From positions 1 to 64,000 of IMG/VR virus record IMGVR_UViG_3300021399_000113: a DNA stretch of 64,000 bases. The stretch is one strand, 5' to 3'. The stretch comes from a virus. Its lineage: Duplodnaviria; Caudoviricetes. The position numbers and the translations under genes were made by a program. The notes under the pieces were generated by a model. It saw nothing but the letters and a program-made list of their open reading frames with translations, searched no databases and had not been told where the DNA came from. This document shows, one piece after another, positions 21,013-30,722 of the stretch. How positions within the stretch are numbered: the first letter of the stretch is position 1; each line of letters begins with the position of its first letter.

Positions 21013-22173
21013 AGACGTTAGTTATGCCCCTTTATGCAGTGATGCATATCGAAAACAACGTGAACCGCATTTCAAAGCGGGTGTGAGTCAGCAATGACTT
21101 GCTAAAGGTAGAAGTTAAATATTTAAAAATGTAACCCGTGAATGGGAGAATACACTTCGTAAGAGAGTCTACGGTCTATGTTCATAGATAGCAGATAATA
21201 CCTTGCTAAAATTGATATTATTTTAGGTGTTATGTATGGTATATTGTATAGTATTGTTGAGAGGTGTCAAGATGAAACTATATCAATTATATTTAATTAC
21301 TAACACAATAAACAATAAAAAATATGTAGGACAGACAATACAATATTCAGAGAACAGTTATTTACAGAGATTTTTACAACATGTACACTCAGCATATTCT
21401 GAGATAAAGTCACATAATAATTGCATACTTCATAGAGCAATTAAAAAATATGGTGAGAAATCATTTTCAATTAAGTTACTTATGCATAATATTCCAGAGC
21501 ATGACATAAATAGATTAGAAATGCTGTGGATTAAGAAGTTGCACACATACTATTATGAACGTCTTGGTTATAATATGACTTTGGGTGGTAGTGGAGTAAT
21601 AGGGCATATTCGCACAGAGGAATCAAAACGTATCGCTGGCGAGAAAATGCATTTATGGTGGGAGCAATTGAAACAAGAAAATCCACAAAAGTATGAGTTA
21701 TTCTGTAAAAATAGAAGTGAGCGTGTTCGTGGAATAAAGCGGTCAGAGCATACACGAAAACTGTTGTCAAGTTGTGCATCAAAACGAATAAGTGAAAAGA
21801 ATCCGTTTTATGGAAAACATCACACTGAGCGAACAAAGCAGTTAATTTCTGAAGCCAATAGTGTTGGGGTTGTTGCAGAAGATATAAAAACTGGAGAAGT
21901 TTACACATTTCCAAGTGTCTTAGAAGCAACTAAATGGTTACTTAATACAGAAAGAACAAAAAATAAATCTGCAAGTTCTCGTATATGTAAGATTTGTCGT
22001 GGTATTGATAAATCAGCCTATGGTTTTTATTGGAAATATCAATGAAGTATATCGACTAAATTGATGAATAAAGTTCATCAGAGAGGATGGGTATTGTACC
22101 ATCCGTAGTGCGTTGCATCTCATAATTGAGATGAAGAGATAGTCAGCCTTAATGGAAACATTAAGATTAAGTG
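21013..22173 (+). mobile_element. group I intron in polA motif B
   Basis: P1 GGGT/GCCC with U-G; P10 ATAA/TTAT; P3 CAACGT/GCGTTG; P7 GACTA/TAGTC; terminal G; splicing restores KSILLG|IMYG. Confidence 0.92.
21272..22045 (+). CDS. GIY-YIG homing endonuclease with NUMOD repeats
   Basis: QLYLITN...KYVGQT, GYNMTLGG, NPFYGKHHT; GAGGTG RBS before ATG 21272. Confidence 0.92.
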   Translation: MKLYQLYLITNTINNKKYVGQTIQYSENSYLQRFLQHVHSAYSEIKSHNNCILHRAIKKYGEKSFSIKLLMHNIPEHDINRLEMLWIKKLHTYYYERLGYNMTLGGSGVIGHIRTEESKRIAGEKMHLWWEQLKQENPQKYELFCKNRSERVRGIKRSEHTRKLLSSCASKRISEKNPFYGKHHTERTKQLISEANSVGVVAEDIKTGEVYTFPSVLEATKWLLNTERTKNKSASSRICKICRGIDKSAYGFYWKYQ

Positions 22174-23082
22174 ATAATGTATGGACGTGGCATTAACTCT
22201 ATCGCAGAACAGTTAGGATGCTCTTTGGATGAAGCCCAAGAGATTTTGGATTCATTCTACAAAGGCTTTCCAGCAGTTAAAAAGTGGATTGATGAAACAT
22301 ATTCATTTGTAAGAAAGAACGGATATGTAGAAGATTATATGGGCAGACGTAGAAGATTACCCGATGTTAATCTCCCTAAGTATTCTGTTAGCCTTGCAAA
22401 GAAGAGTGTTGGTCTTGATTTTAATCCATTACTTTTATGCAAGGGAATTATAACTAAAACTGTTGACCCTAAGATTGCTAAATATCAAGAACTATTAAAA
22501 AAGGCATCTTATAAAGATATAAAAGATATAATGGCTAATGCCAAAAAAGATGGAGTAGTAATCATCAATAACAGTGGATTGATTGCACAAGCAGAAAGAC
22601 AGTGCGTTAATGCACGTGTACAAGGTGGTGCGTCTACTCTTACTAAACTTGCTACCATTAAAATATTTAATGATGAAGAAATGCAGAAGTATGATGCTCA
22701 CCTTGTTATTAATGTACACGATGAGTTATTGATGGAATGCAAAGAGGAATACGCTGAAGAGTGTGCTAAGAGATTAGCCTACGATATGATTTCAGTAGCT
22801 CCAGAAAATGGAATTGATGTCCCAATGAAGTGTGATGCTGATTCATTTAAGTGGTGGTATCAAGACCAGCTTATTGGTGATGTGGGTGATGAAATGTGTG
22901 GTATCAAGATTGATAAGAACACTGGTAAAACACTTTCAGTTAATCCTAAAACGTTTGAAGAAGTAATGTTTAACTATACCTATCTTACTACTGATTTAAT
23001 AGCAACGATAAGGTCTCATATAGATATGAATGAACTAAATGATAGAATAGCTAAGGCAAAGGAAAATATGATAGGGGGTTGA
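22174..23082 (+). CDS. polA: family A DNA polymerase, exon 3 (motif C)
   Basis: MYG, GRRRR, N.RVQG, VHDEL. Confidence 0.93.
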   Translation: MMYGRGINSIAEQLGCSLDEAQEILDSFYKGFPAVKKWIDETYSFVRKNGYVEDYMGRRRRLPDVNLPKYSVSLAKKSVGLDFNPLLLCKGIITKTVDPKIAKYQELLKKASYKDIKDIMANAKKDGVVIINNSGLIAQAERQCVNARVQGGASTLTKLATIKIFNDEEMQKYDAHLVINVHDELLMECKEEYAEECAKRLAYDMISVAPENGIDVPMKCDADSFKWWYQDQLIGDVGDEMCGIKIDKNTGKTLSVNPKTFEEVMFNYTYLTTDLIATIRSHIDMNELNDRIAKAKENMIGG

Positions 23083-23107
23083 CAATCTCAGCCCCTTGTG
23101 GTATAAT
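23079..23107 (+). promoter_or_regulatory. sigmaA-type promoter
   Basis: TTGACA-N17-TATAAT. Confidence 0.8.
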
Positions 23108-23131
23108 GTATAGTGCGGAGGATTATACTAT

Positions 23132-24253
23132 ATGCAAATAAAACTTGATACACTAAAATCCGTTTGTAGTAAGATACTGCCAGCGGTAGACACTTCGGAA
23201 CTTTCGAAGTTGTCAGACACCTTACAGATTAAAACCAATGATGGAAATCTTGTAATGCGTGTCAGCAATAGAGAATATGTGGTAGATGTTAAGATACCAG
23301 TAGGGGATGATGTAGAACTCAACGCAACTGTTAATGCCTCACTGTTCCTTAATCTTGTCAATAATTTCACAACAGAATATGTGGAGCTGAAGACAGATGA
23401 CACCACACTTTATGTAAGTGCGAATGGAGATTATAAGTTCCCACTTATCTATGATAATGACACATTGTTGGATATTCCTGACATTACTTTTGATGCTGTA
23501 ACAATCACTGGCAATATTAGTTCTAACACCCTCAGAAGTATATTACAGTACAACAGTAAAGAGATAGCGAGTGCAAAAGGTGTAACAGCATCTCAGCCAG
23601 TACAGAATATGTACTATGTTGATAATAAGGGTTGTATTACTTTTGCTAACTGCTCTTGTGTAAACTCATTCACCTTGGACAGTGACGTAAAACTTCTGTT
23701 TACTGATAAGTTTGTCAAACTGTTTAAACTGTTTGATGCAGACGAGGATGTTGCCTTTGATTTCGGATTTAAGAATTTCTTTAACGCTACAAATCAGTCT
23801 GTAATCAAATTAACAACTGCTAAGGTGTCTATGACTTTTGTATTAGCAAACTCTGATACATTGTTCAGCTCAATTCCCGCTGACTCTATTCGTGGAATTG
23901 CTACAACACCTCTTGAGTATTCAGTTACTGTTAATAAGACCGAAATGCTGTCAGCCCTTAAGAGATTATCACTGTTCAGCAAGAGCACAAAGGGTATTTA
24001 CTACTCAATAACATTTACAGACAGTGGTGTTACAATCACTGATGCTGATGGTGAGAATACTGAGGAAATCATGGTACTCAACAATGCAGAGCCTTTTGAA
24101 TATCAGACTTATGTATTGGTAAATGATATTAGGTCTGTACTTGAGTCCACTGAATATGAGACAGTAACCATTAACTGCGGAAATAAGCGTACCCTTATTG
24201 TCGTGCGTAATGATATTATTAACATTATTCCTGAAGTAGTACCTCGTGGCTAA
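23132..24253 (+). CDS. dnaN: DNA sliding clamp (Pol III beta-like)
   Basis: 373 aa, three-domain beta-clamp pattern (EMLSALKRLSLF, C-terminal IIPE), replisome context. Confidence 0.75.
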   Translation: MQIKLDTLKSVCSKILPAVDTSELSKLSDTLQIKTNDGNLVMRVSNREYVVDVKIPVGDDVELNATVNASLFLNLVNNFTTEYVELKTDDTTLYVSANGDYKFPLIYDNDTLLDIPDITFDAVTITGNISSNTLRSILQYNSKEIASAKGVTASQPVQNMYYVDNKGCITFANCSCVNSFTLDSDVKLLFTDKFVKLFKLFDADEDVAFDFGFKNFFNATNQSVIKLTTAKVSMTFVLANSDTLFSSIPADSIRGIATTPLEYSVTVNKTEMLSALKRLSLFSKSTKGIYYSITFTDSGVTITDADGENTEEIMVLNNAEPFEYQTYVLVNDIRSVLESTEYETVTINCGNKRTLIVVRNDIINIIPEVVPRG

Positions 24254-24713
24254 GACATCATTAGGAAAAAAGTTTGAGACTAAACTTAGGGAAGATTGGA
24301 ACAACTTAGAAGATTCTTTGATTATTAGGATAAATGATAATTTTAATGGCTATAAAAATATCTCTGGAATATCAGATTTTATAGCCTATCATTATCCTAA
24401 TATCTTTTTCATTGAATGTAAGGAGCATAAAGGCAATACATTCCCTTTGGTAAATCTCACACAATATGACAAACTTATGTCGGTACAGGGCATAAAAGGT
24501 GTAAGGTCTGGAGTAGTATTATGGTTTTCTGAGAAAGATACTGTGGTATATGTTCCAGTTAAAACTTTCAAAAAACTCAAAGAAGATGGAAAAAAGTCAC
24601 TTAATATCAATGATATAAATAATTATGAATTAATTGTTGTACCAAGTGTTAAGAAACGTACATTCCTTGATTCAGACTATTCTGTGCTGTTTAACATGGA
24701 AGAAGGGTGGTAA
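24246..24713 (+). CDS. recU: Holliday junction resolvase RecU-like
   Basis: GKKFE...DF...IECK...Q motifs. Confidence 0.8.
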   Translation: MAKTSLGKKFETKLREDWNNLEDSLIIRINDNFNGYKNISGISDFIAYHYPNIFFIECKEHKGNTFPLVNLTQYDKLMSVQGIKGVRSGVVLWFSEKDTVVYVPVKTFKKLKEDGKKSLNINDINNYELIVVPSVKKRTFLDSDYSVLFNMEEGW

Positions 24714-25324
24714 AATTGTCAGAACTCAACGAAACATATTTATCAAATATTGACAAGAAGAAGATGTCAGAACTTTTTAGCGAAACTGAGTCTAATGTTG
24801 CATATTTTGATGAAATAATCAACACAACAGTAGAAAATTATACGTCACATCTTGACGAGATAATGACTACAATCTATGATGAACTTGTAGAGAAAGAAGA
24901 CATTCCGATAGAAATTATCGAAAGACAGTTTGTTAAATTAACCAATACAGTCTATTTTATTGGTTCGACTCTTGAATCTCTTGGTATTCGTGATGATTTA
25001 TCTGAGGCAATGTATAAAGAGGTGTACAATAAAGAATATCTTGACCAGCAGAACATTCAGCGTGATAAGAAATTAACACAAGCAACACTGCAAGCCCTTG
25101 CTGATAATAAAGCCCTTTATGAAAATACCCTTAACATGATTTATGCCAGAGCTTATAAAATCATGAAGTTCAAGATTGACAGTGCGAATGAAATGATTAG
25201 AACACTTTCAAAGGTAATGTCAAGAAGAATGCAAGAGTCACAGTTGGTAGCATCTGCTGATAGACGTGTAGAGACAAGTTTTTCACAGCAAGACAACAGA
25301 GATAAACAAATATTATTTGAATAA
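24707..25324 (+). CDS. helical protein, possible UvsY-like recombination mediator
   Basis: Coiled-coil character, upstream of recA; function tentative. Confidence 0.45.
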   Translation: MVKLSELNETYLSNIDKKKMSELFSETESNVAYFDEIINTTVENYTSHLDEIMTTIYDELVEKEDIPIEIIERQFVKLTNTVYFIGSTLESLGIRDDLSEAMYKEVYNKEYLDQQNIQRDKKLTQATLQALADNKALYENTLNMIYARAYKIMKFKIDSANEMIRTLSKVMSRRMQESQLVASADRRVETSFSQQDNRDKQILFE

Positions 25325-25333
25325 GAGGGTTAA

Positions 25334-26539
25334 ATGGCAGAGAAAGAAACTATTCTCACTGTGGCTGAAATAGCCAAAAAACTTAATAAACAATTTAAAA
25401 CCGATACTTTAGCCATGTTTGCTGATAAAACACCTACTTATGGTAGAGTGGGCATTTCCGATATGGGATTTGATTTTCCGCTGTTTGGTGGACTCCCAGA
25501 GGGAAGAATTGTTACAATTTCTGGAAGACAGCATAGTGGTAAAACACTTGGAGCTTGTGCTTTAATATCCGCATATCAACGTAAATACCCAGATAAGGTA
25601 TGTGTGTATGTTGATGTGGAGCACTCACTTGATAAGACATTTGTAGCACACATGACTGGGCTTGATTTAACAAGGCTGTTATATATCAATACACAAGGTA
25701 TGGCTTGTGAAGATATATTTGCAATGGTTCTTGAGTTACAGCAATCTTCAGATATTGGAGTAATTGTTATTGACTCTCTTGCTTCAATGGTGAGTGGGGC
25801 TGATATGGACAGTGACTTCGAAAAGGATAATGGAATGCGTGGGTCTATTGCTAAACCATTACACAAGTTCTGTCGTATGATAAATCCGATGTTGTTTGAG
25901 AAAAATAATATTTTGGTATTTATCAACCAAGTTAGAATTGCGGGAAAGACCTTTACTGGTGCTAACATTTATTCAGAACCTGCTGGAGATGCACCCAATT
26001 ATTACTCATCAGTAATGATTAGATTTGGTACACGTAAGTTTACTAAGGGTGATAAATATGATGTTACTGATGGAGAAGGTGTTGATGGCATAAGATTACA
26101 GTTTGCTATCATGAAAAATAAGACTGCAAACGTATCACGTGGTGGTGGATTTATCACTTTCCGATATGATACAGGAATGGATTGGAAGACAGACCTTCTT
26201 GAAGTTGCACTCAAATATGATTTTATCAAACGTCCTACCACACAGTCTTATGTATTATGGGATTTGGTTAATGACAAAGCCTATACCAATGCAGATGGTT
26301 CTGAAAAGAAGTTTGTGGGTCGTGCAAAGCTGTTGGAGTATCTTGATAGTGATATAGCCTTTCAGAATGAATATATTAAGATGCTGTATGATTATATCGC
26401 AGAAACCAGTAAGTCCTATGGTTCACTTCTTGATGAAAGAGAACGTGAAGAACTCGTTAGACAGCAGAAGTACCTTGATAATGAGATAGATGAAGATGAA
26501 AAGGTAATAGCAGAGGAAGTATCAGATGCGCTTGAATAG
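25334..26539 (+). CDS. recA: RecA/UvsX recombinase
   Basis: GGLPEGRIV..SG..HSGKT, DVEH, VIDSLA, FINQVR, KNK. Confidence 0.95.
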   Translation: MAEKETILTVAEIAKKLNKQFKTDTLAMFADKTPTYGRVGISDMGFDFPLFGGLPEGRIVTISGRQHSGKTLGACALISAYQRKYPDKVCVYVDVEHSLDKTFVAHMTGLDLTRLLYINTQGMACEDIFAMVLELQQSSDIGVIVIDSLASMVSGADMDSDFEKDNGMRGSIAKPLHKFCRMINPMLFEKNNILVFINQVRIAGKTFTGANIYSEPAGDAPNYYSSVMIRFGTRKFTKGDKYDVTDGEGVDGIRLQFAIMKNKTANVSRGGGFITFRYDTGMDWKTDLLEVALKYDFIKRPTTQSYVLWDLVNDKAYTNADGSEKKFVGRAKLLEYLDSDIAFQNEYIKMLYDYIAETSKSYGSLLDEREREELVRQQKYLDNEIDEDEKVIAEEVSDALE

Positions 26540-26882
26540 ACTGACACGTGTAAATGATGATAAACCAACACGTTATTATAGTCATAGACAAGAAAAAAGG
26601 ACAGCCAAGGAGTTAGGGGGTCGTGTACAACCTAACTCTGGGGCTACCAAGTTCGCAAAGGGTGATGTAGTTCTTGAAGATTTCCTATTGGAAAATAAAA
26701 CAAGAACTACTGATTGTGAGTCAATGTCAATTAAAAAAGAGTGGTTGGAGAAGAATGAAAAAGAAGCCCTCTTTATTGGGAAGAAGTATTCAGCCCTTTG
26801 TTTCAACTTCGGACCTGCTGATAACAAGAACTATTATATAATTGACGAATACCTCTTTAAAGTACTTACCGAAAAGTGTTGA
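26526..26882 (+). CDS. PD-(D/E)xK nuclease / Holliday junction resolvase-like
   Basis: QE...A..LGG...PNSGA...KGD...ENK. Confidence 0.7.
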   Translation: MRLNRLTRVNDDKPTRYYSHRQEKRTAKELGGRVQPNSGATKFAKGDVVLEDFLLENKTRTTDCESMSIKKEWLEKNEKEALFIGKKYSALCFNFGPADNKNYYIIDEYLFKVLTEKC

Positions 26883-26907
26883 CAATTAGATAATTATATG
26901 TTATTAT
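26879..26907 (+). promoter_or_regulatory. sigmaA-type promoter
   Basis: TTGACA-N17-TATTAT. Confidence 0.8.
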
Positions 26908-26932
26908 ATATCTCGAAAGAGAGGTAGATAAC

Positions 26933-27280
26933 ATGCTGTACAATGAATTTATTGAAGGAACTGGTTGTCGTGATAACGATTACAATTACAAGGTGTATAA
27001 AGACCTTGAGGTTATGTACACCAACAGTGACCTTACCAAACAGCAGATTTATGAGTATGGCAAGAAGCTTGTCAACAATGACAAGCCAAAAGAGCAGATT
27101 GCCTTTGAGAATGAAATCAAGGCAGAAATTGCAGACTACACACAGCGTATACTTGACTACAAGAGATGGGTTGAGTATTACAAAGAAGTTGGTAATAAGG
27201 AAATGGTCAAGTTCAATAATAACGAGATTAAACGTTGCAGACAGAAAATCGCTGGATTAAAGTGGGTTCTGGAGGGCTGA
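26933..27280 (+). CDS. hypothetical protein
   Basis: GAGAGGT RBS after promoter. Confidence 0.8.
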   Translation: MLYNEFIEGTGCRDNDYNYKVYKDLEVMYTNSDLTKQQIYEYGKKLVNNDKPKEQIAFENEIKAEIADYTQRILDYKRWVEYYKEVGNKEMVKFNNNEIKRCRQKIAGLKWVLEG

Positions 27281-27282
27281 GA

Positions 27283-27477
27283 ATGTGCACAGTTGCTGAT
27301 ACCAAACTTTTTGAGGAACGTTTATCAGAATTACAAGCAGAAGAAAAATCCTTAGTTGAGTGCTTATCAAACTCATCCTTTGAGGATTTTGAGGATTATG
27401 AAGACTTAATCATAAAGAATAGACATAAACAATCGAGGTTAAAACTTGAATACGTACATAAATGCCTAATAATATAG
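27283..27477 (+). CDS. hypothetical protein
   Basis: GGAGG RBS. Confidence 0.6.
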   Translation: MCTVADTKLFEERLSELQAEEKSLVECLSNSSFEDFEDYEDLIIKNRHKQSRLKLEYVHKCLII

Positions 27478-27485
27478 GAGGCACA

Positions 27486-28277
27486 ATGAAATTTAAACTT
27501 ACTGAAAACGATGTTAAACGTGCTATATATGGGGATTACCGCAAGAAGATATTTACCTTTGCTACATTCTCTGCTGAAAATCCAATGGCTGTACCTTTTC
27601 CACCCACGTTTAATAATAAAAGAACCGAAAGTTTAAAGCGAGAGTTTTCATTTCTTGGGCTACAGTACAAACCATTGCTCGGAAAATTTGACGTTTTAAG
27701 CGACCCCCATATAACTCAGAATTATGGTGATACTCGCTATGATAAAGATAATATTAGAGCAGAGCATAGTTTTATAGTTTATAATATAAATATTAACCAA
27801 GCCAAGGCATTATGCAAGAAGTATGGGCAAAAAAGTTTCTTCTTTGGTTATAATTTTGGGGGTGATAAAGAGGATATTGTTCCTACTGATACATGGGCAA
27901 AACCAGAAGATTCCGAATACGTGAAGAATATTAAAAGTGTAACGACTTCACGTTTACAATATTGGGAAGTTCCAGAAGAAGAGTCTGAGGCATATGTTGA
28001 GTGGGTACACAATGGTATGCAAGGGAAAGCCCCAAATATTGAGTACAAATTGGTGGAAGAAACCAGACGCATAGACAATGCTAATGATTTTGACAATTTC
28101 TTTTCCCGACATAAGGACTATAAATATTCCGCATACTTAAAAGTATTCAATGAGGGGTATGATGAACTAAAATTTGTTACGAACCCATCCTTATTGATGG
28201 AACTTCTTGACGAATCCTATAGTGAAATGTACACTGGATATAGACAGAAGATACGAAGTGTGTACGAAGTGAATTAA
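27486..28277 (+). CDS. hypothetical protein (DUF3293-like motifs)
   Basis: SAENP, EHSFIV, KYGQ.S; GGAGG RBS before ATG 27486. Confidence 0.65.
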   Translation: MKFKLTENDVKRAIYGDYRKKIFTFATFSAENPMAVPFPPTFNNKRTESLKREFSFLGLQYKPLLGKFDVLSDPHITQNYGDTRYDKDNIRAEHSFIVYNININQAKALCKKYGQKSFFFGYNFGGDKEDIVPTDTWAKPEDSEYVKNIKSVTTSRLQYWEVPEEESEAYVEWVHNGMQGKAPNIEYKLVEETRRIDNANDFDNFFSRHKDYKYSAYLKVFNEGYDELKFVTNPSLLMELLDESYSEMYTGYRQKIRSVYEVN

Positions 28278-28284
28278 AAATTTG

Positions 28285-28314
28285 AGGGTGGGATAAATAA
28301 TATCCCACCTTTTT
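28285..28314 (+). terminator. rho-independent terminator
   Basis: GGTGGGATA/TATCCCACC + T run. Confidence 0.85.
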
Positions 28315-28322
28315 ATTATCTA

Positions 28323-28351
28323 TTGACATATTTTAATTATTATGATATAAT
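28323..28351 (+). promoter_or_regulatory. sigmaA-type promoter
   Basis: TTGACA-N17-TATAAT. Confidence 0.85.
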
Positions 28352-28480
28352 GCTCTTGTAATCAAGAAAGCCTTGGTGACCTAAGTGAAAGAAGTAGACC
28401 TTGTGACTGTGCTTTGCGCCAGCCATGGGGCTGAAAAGTAACAAGACACCAACACAACCTATTCAGTAGGAGGTAGAAAT

Positions 28481-28771
28481 ATGGCAAGAGAATGGACAGT
28501 GGAAGAAATCACAAACCTTATTCAGACAAATGATAAGGTGCTTTATGGTGCTCTCAAGAAACTTTACGCTTGTCAGACATCTGATGAGCAGTCAATGGGT
28601 GTTACTTCTGAAAACAATGGTGTTGGGTTCAATGGGGTAGATGGGGAAATAATGAGCAGTTTTGCTGTATTTCTTCTGGAACATGGTTTCCTTTCAAAGA
28701 AGCAGAAAGAAATTGCTCGTAAGAAACTTTACAAGTATCGTAAGCAGTTAACACGTCTGGCAAATGCCTAA
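28481..28771 (+). CDS. hypothetical protein
   Basis: AGGAGGT RBS; QT.DEQ...NGVGF...D...LS.KQ pattern. Confidence 0.8.
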   Translation: MAREWTVEEITNLIQTNDKVLYGALKKLYACQTSDEQSMGVTSENNGVGFNGVDGEIMSSFAVFLLEHGFLSKKQKEIARKKLYKYRKQLTRLANA

Positions 28772-28826
28772 ATAGCCAAAGTTGGCAAGTTATCCAAGAA
28801 AAAGCCATTAAATAGCCAAAGTTGGC
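28769..28826. repeat. 18-bp direct repeat with internal palindrome
   Basis: TAAATAGCCAAAGTTGGC at 28769-28786 and 28809-28826. Confidence 0.9.
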
Positions 28827-28847
28827 TAATTAAGAAAGAGGGACTGT

Positions 28848-29126
28848 ATGAAAACATTTAAGTTATCAGAGAGAACCACAGTAGCAGATTATGTACGCAC
28901 AGTAAGTGATAAAGCCTATGAAGCACATCTGAACAGTGTAGTACAGATTGCATTGGATTCCATCTCAAGTGATGTAGTGGTAACATATGCATACTTCAGC
29001 GAGTTTGCAGACGCAGAAGAATTCTTCAATCATCTTGTAGACGTAAAGTTATCCTATTGTGTTTATCAGATTTATTTGAATGATGTGTTCGTTAATTCTG
29101 ATGAAGGGTTTGATTGGGTTGATTAA
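28848..29126 (+). CDS. hypothetical protein
   Basis: GAGGG RBS. Confidence 0.7.
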   Translation: MKTFKLSERTTVADYVRTVSDKAYEAHLNSVVQIALDSISSDVVVTYAYFSEFADAEEFFNHLVDVKLSYCVYQIYLNDVFVNSDEGFDWVD

Positions 29127-29174
29127 ATTATTGGCAATTTTTTAATTTTTTGCCGATTTATAGGAGGATTTGGC

Positions 29175-29381
29175 ATGAGTAAATATTTCGTTGTTTTCAC
29201 AACAAATGGAAACAATGTCTATGTTGGCGACACATTTCATGGCATTTTTGGGGTTCACAATGGCATATTAAATTGCGAGGGAGAGTTCCCCACAGAAGAT
29301 GAGCTGAACAGATTTAGACAAGTATCAGATTATGGGATATATAAATACAACATACTGTTCATGCAGAAATTAGCAGATTAA
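29175..29381 (+). CDS. hypothetical protein
   Basis: AGGAGG RBS. Confidence 0.65.
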   Translation: MSKYFVVFTTNGNNVYVGDTFHGIFGVHNGILNCEGEFPTEDELNRFRQVSDYGIYKYNILFMQKLAD

Positions 29382-29394
29382 AGGAGGATATTAA

Positions 29395-30377
29395 ATGAAA
29401 ATTGTAAACACACACACTGGTAAGATTTTGTAGACACAGAAAGGCAGTTGGAGTTTCTGACTGTTGGTGACTATGGAAAGGAAAACAACATTAAGGCAGA
29501 CTTCTTGGGGTTGACCAAGGAAATTTATGGTGTTAAGAACGACACTGTGGATTTGAGCAAGAAGTGGGTAGCCACTATCTCTACACAGAAGGGATGTAGC
29601 ATGAAGTGCGCTTTTTGTGATTGTCCTAAGTATGGTTTCCACGGAAACGTTGGGCTTGACGAATTGGGGTATGAGATTGAAACAATGCTGAAAGAGTTCA
29701 GCGATATTAAGCACACTGAGAGATTTAATGTGCATTTTGCTCGTATGGGTGAGCCGACATTTAATCCTAATGTACTTATTTTTGCAGAAACGAACCTCAG
29801 ACCTCTGGTAAATAAGTACATTACAGCAGATACTATACACCCAGTGGTATCAACAATGTTGCCTAAAAACAACAAAAATCTCAGAAAGTTTTTACAGATG
29901 TGGTGCTACATCAAGAATGAGGTGTACAAGGGTGAGGCTGGATTACAGTTCTCCATTAACAGCACAGATGACGAGCAGAGAAATAAGGGGTTCAATGGAA
30001 TGAGTCTGTCGCTTGAAGAGATTAGCGAGATTGCAAAGGAACTTCCTAATCCAGTTGGACGAAAGTACACACTCAACTTTGCGGTGACAAAAGACACCAT
30101 TCTTGATGCAGACAGGTTGAGCGAACTGTTTGATAAGGATAAGTGGATTGTTAAAATCACTCCTATTCATGAGACCCATTCAGCAGTAGCTAATGGTTAT
30201 GATGTAGGAGATACATATACCGATTATAATGTGTATCGGAAGTTTGAAGAGCCTCTTTTGGCAAAGGGATGGGATGTGATTGTATTCGTTCCTTCCAAAG
30301 AGGAAGACAGTGATAGGATTACTTGCGGAAATGCATTGATTTCGGAGGAAGGAAATGAGAACATTTTCAAATCTTGA
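29395..30377 (+). CDS. RlmN/Cfr-like radical SAM protein (needs -1 frameshift near 29425-29430)
   Basis: ISTQKGCSMKCAFC, RMGEP, C-terminal TCG; RBS+ATG at 29395 lies in a different frame from the body. Confidence 0.8.
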
Positions 30378-30630
30378 GTTGAAGCTACTGCAAAAGGATA
30401 TAGAGCATAAAGCTCTTATATGTGATAAGATTATGCAGTTGGTTATGGATAAGGCTGACAGTGATGGAGTAAGTCATATCACTGTCAAGGGGAGTGGCAC
30501 AGAGTTATCCGTTATCCCCTATAAAGAAAAGCCCACAAAGACATACTCAATTAAGGCTGATGGCACAGTTGTAGCCGAGAATTTGCCTATTGTGGCAGTG
30601 GTTGATTATATCTATAAAAAGTACATGTAA
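30355..30630 (+). CDS. hypothetical protein
   Basis: GGAGG RBS. Confidence 0.65.
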   Translation: MRTFSNLELKLLQKDIEHKALICDKIMQLVMDKADSDGVSHITVKGSGTELSVIPYKEKPTKTYSIKADGTVVAENLPIVAVVDYIYKKYM

Positions 30631-30638
30631 ATAAGGTG

Positions 30639-30667
30639 TTGACAAATAATAATTATTATGATATAAT
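30639..30667 (+). promoter_or_regulatory. sigmaA-type promoter
   Basis: TTGACA-N17-TATAAT. Confidence 0.85.
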
Positions 30668-30722
30668 CTTTCATGTAAGGTAAACAAACAAATCACATTT
30701 CACATTTTTGGAGGTATTGATT

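Noticed and set aside
20849-21097. Alternative-frame ORF across polA exon 2
   Set aside because: Short, no RBS or motifs.
29408-29417. (AC)5 tract as phase-variation switch for the radical SAM gene
   Set aside because: The body frame has TAA at 29421-29423, so changing this tract cannot restore the gene.
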